From: Hyphomicrobium sp.
Lineage (GTDB): Bacteria; Pseudomonadota; Alphaproteobacteria; Rhizobiales; Hyphomicrobiaceae
Direction: 5' to 3'
Assembly (NCBI GenBank): GCA_040080075.1
Contig: JBEBJD010000254.1
Coordinates: 1 to 41,958, forward strand
Length of the DNA stretch: 41,958 nucleotides
Part shown: one piece after another, positions 36,446-41,958 of the stretch
Numbering within the stretch: position 1 is the first letter of the stretch
How the letters are laid out: every line of letters begins with the position of its first letter
Program-made: the position numbers and the translations under genes
The notes under the pieces: model-generated
Database searches by the model: none
Told to the model about the DNA's origin: nothing
The model's input: the letters and a program-made list of their open reading frames with translations, nothing else

Positions 36446-37765
36446 CTACGGTGCACGCTCCGAGGAGGCGCCCTGAGCCGGTCCAGTCTCCGCCGGCACA
36501 GGCGGCCAGCATACCTTTGTCTGAGCGCGGCACGTGTAATTCCCAGCAACAATCAGATTTATATTGGATGTGCACGTAACGCTGCCACGGCCGGCCGTGT
36601 ACTCCCGTATCCCTTCCTTTGCTGTGAACTTCTTGACACGAACGTCCAGTAGCTTGCGTGCATCACGTGACGTAGCCTCTTGCCCCCAATCCGTTACACT
36701 CGATCCGACAGTCCGGCACTTGGGAGCGGCTGAAACCACGGCACTTGGGCCAGGGTTAACATTAATCGTCCCAGTCGAGATTCCGGCAGCAGTAGAGGCA
36801 GGTGCGGCGCTTTCCGCGAAGGTCTGATTGCGAGCCGGGAACACGACCATGCCAACCTTATCGATGATCTCGCCGCACGGTTCTGTCAGCATCGCCTTCT
36901 GATCTGTCAGGCATTGCACTATACGCCCTTCGCCTGGCTTTGTTCCCGTACAGAGCGCGGCAATGTCAGGCAGGCAAGCGTCAATAGACTGGCTGACCTT
37001 CTCGATGAGCAGTTCTGCCTCGCCTCTAGCTTCGCCAAGTGCACTCTCACAAGCTGCACTTCTCTTGTCTGCATGCGCAATCAGACAAAAGGCAAGACGG
37101 CCCTCTCCCGGCGCCACATTAGAACAAAATGCCTCAAGATCGGCCCCGCACCCCTGCTTCCCCTTCTCTATAATTTCCCGAACGCTCGCATCGAGTGCGG
37201 TTAAAACCTTCATCCTTGACGAAGCCTCAGCGGGTTCCACTACCTGCGCTTCCGCGACGGAGTCGAAGGTAACCGATGGAACGGGACTACTATCCGCTAC
37301 AGATTGGTTATGTGCAGGGAAGATTACTTTACCCACTACGTCGATCACCTCACCGCAGTCGTTGCTGAGCGCAGGTTTGTTGCCGGCTAAACACTTGGCA
37401 ATGTCTCCGGTGCCAACCTCCAAGCCGGAGCAATGCGTATCAATGTCGGATCTGCACGCAGCAATTGATGGATTGGCAGTCTCGATGAGCTTGTCTGCAG
37501 CGCGACTCGCATCAAACAGCGCATATTCGCATTGTGGGCTTCTCTTATCGGCGTTCGCCATCAGGCAAAACGCCAACCGGCCTTCGCCCGGTGTGACCAT
37601 GGAACAATAAGTCTTCAGGTCGAATTGGCACTTGCGCGTTAGATCTTCCACAATCTCCGCAACACCCATTTTCAAGGAGCCGAGTTCGGCGCTATAGGCT
37701 TCCCGTGGCGCCATCATAGCACCAGCCAAGAAAACGCCCAATGCTAGCCAAGCTGAAATTCTCAT
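36446..37765 (-). CDS. Exported cysteine-rich repeat protein (4 x C-x7-C-x12-C-x11-C units) with Cys-containing C-terminal domain
   Basis: Start set at ATG 37765 ('MRISAWLALGVFLAGAMMAPREAYSA', signal-like). Four units, for example 'CQFDLKTYCSMVTPGEGRLAFCLMANADKRSPQC' and 'CGADLEAFCSNVAPGEGRLAFCLIAHADKRSAAC'. Confidence 0.75.
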   Translation of the reverse strand: MRISAWLALGVFLAGAMMAPREAYSAELGSLKMGVAEIVEDLTRKCQFDLKTYCSMVTPGEGRLAFCLMANADKRSPQCEYALFDASRAADKLIETANPSIAACRSDIDTHCSGLEVGTGDIAKCLAGNKPALSNDCGEVIDVVGKVIFPAHNQSVADSSPVPSVTFDSVAEAQVVEPAEASSRMKVLTALDASVREIIEKGKQGCGADLEAFCSNVAPGEGRLAFCLIAHADKRSAACESALGEARGEAELLIEKVSQSIDACLPDIAALCTGTKPGEGRIVQCLTDQKAMLTEPCGEIIDKVGMVVFPARNQTFAESAAPASTAAGISTGTINVNPGPSAVVSAAPKCRTVGSSVTDWGQEATSRDARKLLDVRVKKFTAKEGIREYTAGRGSVTCTSNINLIVAGNYTCRAQTKVCWPPVPAETGPAQGASSERAP

Positions 37766-37808
37766 CTCTATAGTTCCCGCACTCACTTGATTAGTTGCAG
37801 CAGCTCTC

Positions 37809-39314
37809 TCACTTTGACCTTGCATCCTCGACAAGTTTACGGCGAGCGGCAAGGCCCTCTTGCATATCCTTAAAAACGATGTAGTACCGGTGGACATTGC
37901 GAACGTATTGAACCGTTTCTAATCCAACCGACTTCCACACGGACCATTCGACATTTTCATACCAGACGTTCGGGTTTGCAGACTTGGCTCTCAACCCCTT
38001 GATGCGTTCTGGACCCGCGTTGTAGGAAGCCAGAAGAAGCATTAGCCGGTCAAAATCCGTCACTTCCGGTTGATTGACATAGCGCTCGCGCATGAACCGG
38101 AAATAGCGCGCAAACGCATGCACGTTAACTTCCAGGTTCTCGATATTAGGAAGATTGATGTTCGGGTCCCGTGCTGTTGCGGCCATCATCTGCATAATGC
38201 CTGTCGCGCCGGACGGCATTACAAGCCTTTGGTCGAAGCGCGATTCCTGGAATGCAATCGCAGCTATCAGATACGGGTCGACGTCATACTTCTCGCCGTA
38301 TTTGCGAAACAGCGACATGAGCCCCTGAAGCCTGTTCTTGTTCTCGTCGCTGTTGGCTCGTTTGAGAAATTTGTCTGTCTTGACGTACTCGGCATAGATA
38401 ATGTTGCCACGCTCAGTTCCCTTGCGCGACTCGGCCACGTATCTGTTTACAACTTCGGCCAGTTTTGGACTTTCCTTACGAAAGGCCCAAGCGATCTGAC
38501 CATCACTGCGCAATGCAACCGCCTCATGAGCCCGAGTGTTGGTGTAGACTTTTTTCCATAGTTCATAAGTGTGGCTATCGATAACCATGGCAGGTACGAT
38601 TTCTGCCTGCACCATTTCCAAAATGTCTTCGTCTTCGAGCCGGGGATCTGCCTCAGACACGTTGATTGGCGCAAGATTCCTGGCAGACAACTCTGCATTC
38701 ACCTTTTGAATACTTTCGAAATAGCTGCTCGCGCGCCGGACCAAAACGGTCTTACCCGAGAGCCCATCGATCGTAGCGATGTCACCGGAGCCAGCGGGCG
38801 TTACGATGAACTCGCGCACACCTGTCAAAAGAGGGTCGGCGAAGGCAATCTTTTCCTGGCGTGCGGGCGTTATTGTGAGGTTCGCAATGGCGATATCGCC
38901 CTTGCCGGAATTCAGGTCGTCGAATAGCTGGTCCCGAGGGGGCGGCACTGCCACAATGAATATGCGCTTCGATTTATCGGCAACCTTCGCGTTCAGTTGT
39001 TTTTCGAAATCACGCAACAACTCCACGGCGACGCCGTGCATGTTGCCGCCGTCCAGGAAGAAGAACGTTTTGCTGAATGGAATGAGAACGCGAATTTGCC
39101 GCTTCCTGACCATCCCATCGTAATCTCCGAGCCATGGTGCCGATGTGGCATCACGAAATGGCTGCCCTGTTTCAATCGCATGTGCTGACCAGACACCAAT
39201 GCCCAGCAGCGCAACCAGCACAATGCATAGAACCGATATCCTCCATACTCGCCGCGCGGGGGGCCTAAGCATCCCGGTTGCACACTGTGTCATCGGTTGC
39301 CCCCATGGCGCCAT
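37809..39314 (-). CDS. mltF: MltF-like membrane-bound lytic murein transglycosylase (solute-binding-like domain + SLT domain)
   Basis: N-terminal anchor 'ISVLCIVLVALLGIGVWSAHA'. SBP_bac_3-like 'RVLIPFSKTFFFLDGGNMHGVAVELLRDFEKQLN...DIAIANLTITPARQEKIAF'. SLT motifs 'IAAIAFQESRFDQ', 'GATGIMQMM' and 'LASYNAGP'. Confidence 0.85.
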   Translation of the reverse strand: MAPWGQPMTQCATGMLRPPARRVWRISVLCIVLVALLGIGVWSAHAIETGQPFRDATSAPWLGDYDGMVRKRQIRVLIPFSKTFFFLDGGNMHGVAVELLRDFEKQLNAKVADKSKRIFIVAVPPPRDQLFDDLNSGKGDIAIANLTITPARQEKIAFADPLLTGVREFIVTPAGSGDIATIDGLSGKTVLVRRASSYFESIQKVNAELSARNLAPINVSEADPRLEDEDILEMVQAEIVPAMVIDSHTYELWKKVYTNTRAHEAVALRSDGQIAWAFRKESPKLAEVVNRYVAESRKGTERGNIIYAEYVKTDKFLKRANSDENKNRLQGLMSLFRKYGEKYDVDPYLIAAIAFQESRFDQRLVMPSGATGIMQMMAATARDPNINLPNIENLEVNVHAFARYFRFMRERYVNQPEVTDFDRLMLLLASYNAGPERIKGLRAKSANPNVWYENVEWSVWKSVGLETVQYVRNVHRYYIVFKDMQEGLAARRKLVEDARSK

Positions 39315-39345
39315 CGTAGCATCCCAAACTGGTATGACAGCGCGC

Positions 39346-39783
39346 TCATTTCAGAGAAATCTGCATTCCACTCAGATCAAGTGAGAATTCGAGACCAATC
39401 TGTTTGCCGCGCAATTTCAACACAACCCCCTTGGAGTTCTTGAGCTGCGCTGTTTTTGATCCACCCGCAGCCGCCACGCCCGCCTGGAGCGCCGTGTAGG
39501 TCCCCTCAATATCGGACGATGAGTTAAGCCCCGTGGCCTCCCCGATGAGTTCTGCCTTAGATGCTCCGATTGTGGCACCAAGACTGACCCCACCGATATT
39601 GAGCGGATAGGCCTTTCCACCGAACGTCAACGTACCGCTACCGCCACTGACGCCGAGAATGAACCCAGCTTTGTAGACTTCGATAGCAATTTGACCGGAC
39701 TCAGCACGCGACGGCGTACTGCCTGCCAGCAAGAGTGCGGCAACCGCTATTGCCATCTGAAATCGGCGCATTGAATTGAACAT
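39346..39783 (-). CDS. Small exported Gly-rich beta protein, unknown function
   Basis: Start set at ATG 39783 (SD 'AAGGGA' at 7 nt). Signal 'MAIAVAALLLAGSTPSRA/ES'. The mature part is Gly/Ser/Ala-rich ('GFILGVSGGSGTLTFGGKAYPLNIGGVSLGATIGASK'). Confidence 0.6.
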   Translation of the reverse strand: MFNSMRRFQMAIAVAALLLAGSTPSRAESGQIAIEVYKAGFILGVSGGSGTLTFGGKAYPLNIGGVSLGATIGASKAELIGEATGLNSSSDIEGTYTALQAGVAAAGGSKTAQLKNSKGVVLKLRGKQIGLEFSLDLSGMQISLK

Positions 39784-39841
39784 TGACTTATCCCTTGATT
39801 GACGCCCGCGGTTCATGCCGCTGTCTGATTTTATATTCCGG

Positions 39842-40882
39842 CTACTTGTCCGTGCGCAGGAACTCCACGCGCCGGTTAATTGCTCGGCCCTGGAGGGTAG
39901 CGTTATCACCCTTGGGCACGGTTGCTCCAAAACCTCCGGTCTGTAGTCTTGCCGGCGCTATGCCCTGCGCAGTAAGTGCAGCGGCCACCGACGATGCACG
40001 TTCCGCAGACAGCTTCTGATTATAGGCTTGGTTGCCAATCGAGTCGGTATGACCATTAATCTGGAGTGTCCAGGTCGGGTTATTTTTGAGGGTGATGGCA
40101 ATATCCTTCATGAGTGCAGATGACTGTGCTTGCACCGTTGCTTTGTCGAAATCGAAATGAATGCCATAGTGATCATACCGGCGAAGTGTGCTGAGAGACT
40201 GCTCCATCGCGGATTTCATCGATGCGCCGGCCGTCACCCTGGTAATTCTCTCGGCACGCAGTTCCTTTTCCCAACTGAACTGAATCGTGCTCTGCAGCAT
40301 CAAAGGGTTGTTCTTGTTGTCGAGAAAATAGAAGTCTCCAGTTCCGCCCTTGTCGCCAGATGAAAACGTGCCCGAAGCATGCACAGCTGGAACTTGCACA
40401 ACTTGATCCTCGATAAGCACCGGTATCTTTATGTCTTTCTCCACGAGGGTAAGCAGGCCATCAATCCTGGTAAGCTTGGCGTCGTGCACCAAAGATAATG
40501 CCGTCTTCCCCGTCGTCCGCAATTCCACCAACGACGTCCCTGAGATGCCAAGTGACGTCGTATTGGGTATGACAAGCGGCATACCTGCCGCGTAACCGAG
40601 GACATAGCTTTTCGCTGTCTCCCGGTCGGCATTCAGAATGTTGCGCTGGACGGCCAGGCCGCGCGAGCTTGAGTAGTTGAGGCTCAACTGCTCCGGAGAT
40701 ATTGCAGTGAAAGTCACCGTCCCTTCCGCATCGGGACCAAAGCGGTTGCTAAAAGCCGTCGTCACTTGCCCGCCGGTATGCGGCAGCAGAGGACCTGCAT
40801 ACTCCTCGGCCAGCGCCAGTTGCGACAGTCCGGCGAATGACATCAACGCCACTAGACCGATATTATAATAACAAATTCTCAT
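39842..40882 (-). CDS. OmpA-family peptidoglycan-binding protein with novel N-terminal domain
   Basis: SD 'GGGGGGAAG'. Signal 'LVALMSFAGLSQLALA/EE'. C-terminal OmpA domain 'FDFDKATV...LQINGHTDSIGNQAYNQKLSAERASSVAAALTAQGI...GRAINRRVEF'. Confidence 0.85.
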   Translation of the reverse strand: MRICYYNIGLVALMSFAGLSQLALAEEYAGPLLPHTGGQVTTAFSNRFGPDAEGTVTFTAISPEQLSLNYSSSRGLAVQRNILNADRETAKSYVLGYAAGMPLVIPNTTSLGISGTSLVELRTTGKTALSLVHDAKLTRIDGLLTLVEKDIKIPVLIEDQVVQVPAVHASGTFSSGDKGGTGDFYFLDNKNNPLMLQSTIQFSWEKELRAERITRVTAGASMKSAMEQSLSTLRRYDHYGIHFDFDKATVQAQSSALMKDIAITLKNNPTWTLQINGHTDSIGNQAYNQKLSAERASSVAAALTAQGIAPARLQTGGFGATVPKGDNATLQGRAINRRVEFLRTDK

Positions 40883-40954
40883 TTCAAACTTCCCCCCGGG
40901 TATTGAATTGCCGCCATCGCCTAATGTTGACTGATCACGGTGCTATAAGGGTAA

Positions 40955-41905
40955 TTATTGCGTCTCGACTTTTCGCCATTTTGTATCCGGATCGAAAGAC
41001 CTGATGCGGGCGGCTACCTGCTTGGAGTCCGGACCCAGATCCTTCTCGAACACATCACCATCCTGACTGACGATGAAGGACATGACACCCGAATTCCCAT
41101 ATTCCGCAGGGGTTGCAATCAGCGCGAAGCCGCCGATCATGAGATCGTTGACAATATATTCGCGCGCGCCACCTGCTGCATTCGGTCCCTGCGCATATAG
41201 GATCCTGTAATGATACCCATGATAGGCTGGAGGGCCTTCTGAACCACTGGTTCTCCTGTAACCTTCACTTTGCGCTTGGGCGACAAGCGGACCAAATGGA
41301 CTTGCATCCCCATCACTAGTGGCCGGCCAATAGAGACCGTCCTTGCGGCCCTCGCGGCTCAACAGCCTCCGGGCATATTGAATTCCAGTACCGTCGCGAT
41401 CACTCTCGGCGTACTCGCGCTGCGCATCGACATAGGCACGCATGACTTCAATTGCTGCGAGTTCGTTCTCGCCAATTCGCCGCGTCAGGATTTCGTCGAG
41501 ACCCGCTGCAGTATCCCACTGCCACCTTCCATCTTTGGCAACGAGCGGGACCGGGAAGGGGAACGATTCCTTGCCGATCACGAGGATGGCTTTGGAGGCA
41601 TCCTCCTGCTTCACCTCGTGAGCGTCGTCGAAGGCCGTTGTGAATTTGGCTCGCCTCGCTGCATCGGCGACACTATCGCCAGAGTCAGCAATAGCTGCTC
41701 CATCAGGGCCAAGCACCGTCAGAAGTGCCTCGGGGCCTTCTGTGCGAACAGCAGCGATGAGTGCCGCGACGGCTTCCCCGGTCGAGGAAAACGAAGCCTG
41801 AGTGCGACTGGCTGCTTGAGCAAGTCCAATACTTAAGGCGGCAGCACAATAAGCAGTCAAAAGAGATACTGGTCTTGCGAACTTGGAAATAGAAGTGCGA
41901 CGCAT
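40955..41905 (-). CDS. DUF2950-family exported protein
   Basis: Start set at ATG 41905 ('MRRTSISKFARPVSLLTAYCAAALSIGLAQA', signal-like). 'YHGYHYRILYAQGPNAAGGAREYI...GGFALIATPAEYGNSGVMSFIVSQDGDVFEKDLG' is the conserved DUF2950 C-terminal signature (from memory). Confidence 0.7.
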   Translation of the reverse strand: MRRTSISKFARPVSLLTAYCAAALSIGLAQAASRTQASFSSTGEAVAALIAAVRTEGPEALLTVLGPDGAAIADSGDSVADAARRAKFTTAFDDAHEVKQEDASKAILVIGKESFPFPVPLVAKDGRWQWDTAAGLDEILTRRIGENELAAIEVMRAYVDAQREYAESDRDGTGIQYARRLLSREGRKDGLYWPATSDGDASPFGPLVAQAQSEGYRRTSGSEGPPAYHGYHYRILYAQGPNAAGGAREYIVNDLMIGGFALIATPAEYGNSGVMSFIVSQDGDVFEKDLGPDSKQVAARIRSFDPDTKWRKVETQ

Positions 41906-41958
41906 GATAAATGCTCCATTTTGGCTGGTCCCATCCAAAGGCAGGATGCAACTTGACG

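Noticed and set aside
33721-37610. Antisense ORFs within the DUF900, Ldt and Cys-rich genes (33721-34407 -, 35254-35538 +, 36963-37610 +)
   Set aside because: They lie opposite well-supported genes, and their translations lack motifs and are Ser/Arg/Leu-rich.
1-41958. Whole-window check for CRISPR arrays, retron/DGR reverse transcriptases, toxin-antitoxin pairs, integrases and tRNA/rRNA genes
   Set aside because: I saw no regularly spaced direct repeats, no RT (YxDD) or tyrosine/serine recombinase motifs, no small adjacent TA-like pairs and no tRNA cloverleaf candidates. A visual scan cannot exclude short or degenerate elements.

Overview
Mosaic accessory-type region, most likely from a Rhizobiales-type alphaproteobacterium. 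That origin is inferred from the IS families, protein families and GC-rich third codon positions; no search was run.

Left to right:
1. The 3' 3.9 kb of a very large RTX-type secreted protein.
2. A 1024-aa fusion of a polytopic membrane domain, a patatin-like phospholipase and a GH19 lysozyme-like domain.
3. An apparently intact IS3-family (IS407-like) element with no target-site duplication.
4. An OmpR/PhoQ-type two-component pair, divergent from a heavy-metal-type RND efflux operon (three translationally coupled small ORFs, then adaptor, pump and outer-membrane factor).
5. A decay zone with a frameshifted 2',5'-RNA-ligase-like gene and abutting IS66 and IS110 transposase remnants.
6. Three exported caspase-fold proteins (C14-Sel1, C14-DUF4384, TPR-CHAT) plus two orphan secreted proteins.
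7. Two outer-membrane barrels and a DUF900 lipoprotein.
8. A six-gene minus-strand cell-envelope block: DUF2950, OmpA-like, small Gly-rich protein, MltF-like lytic transglycosylase, Cys-rich repeat protein, YcbB-type L,D-transpeptidase.

No rRNA, tRNA, CRISPR array, reverse transcriptase or prophage structural genes were seen.

The best candidates for something undescribed are the exported caspase/CHAT neighbourhood (20.2-30.1 kb) and the membrane-patatin-muramidase fusion (4.3-7.4 kb). All family calls rest on motifs recognised by eye and need HMM or structure confirmation.
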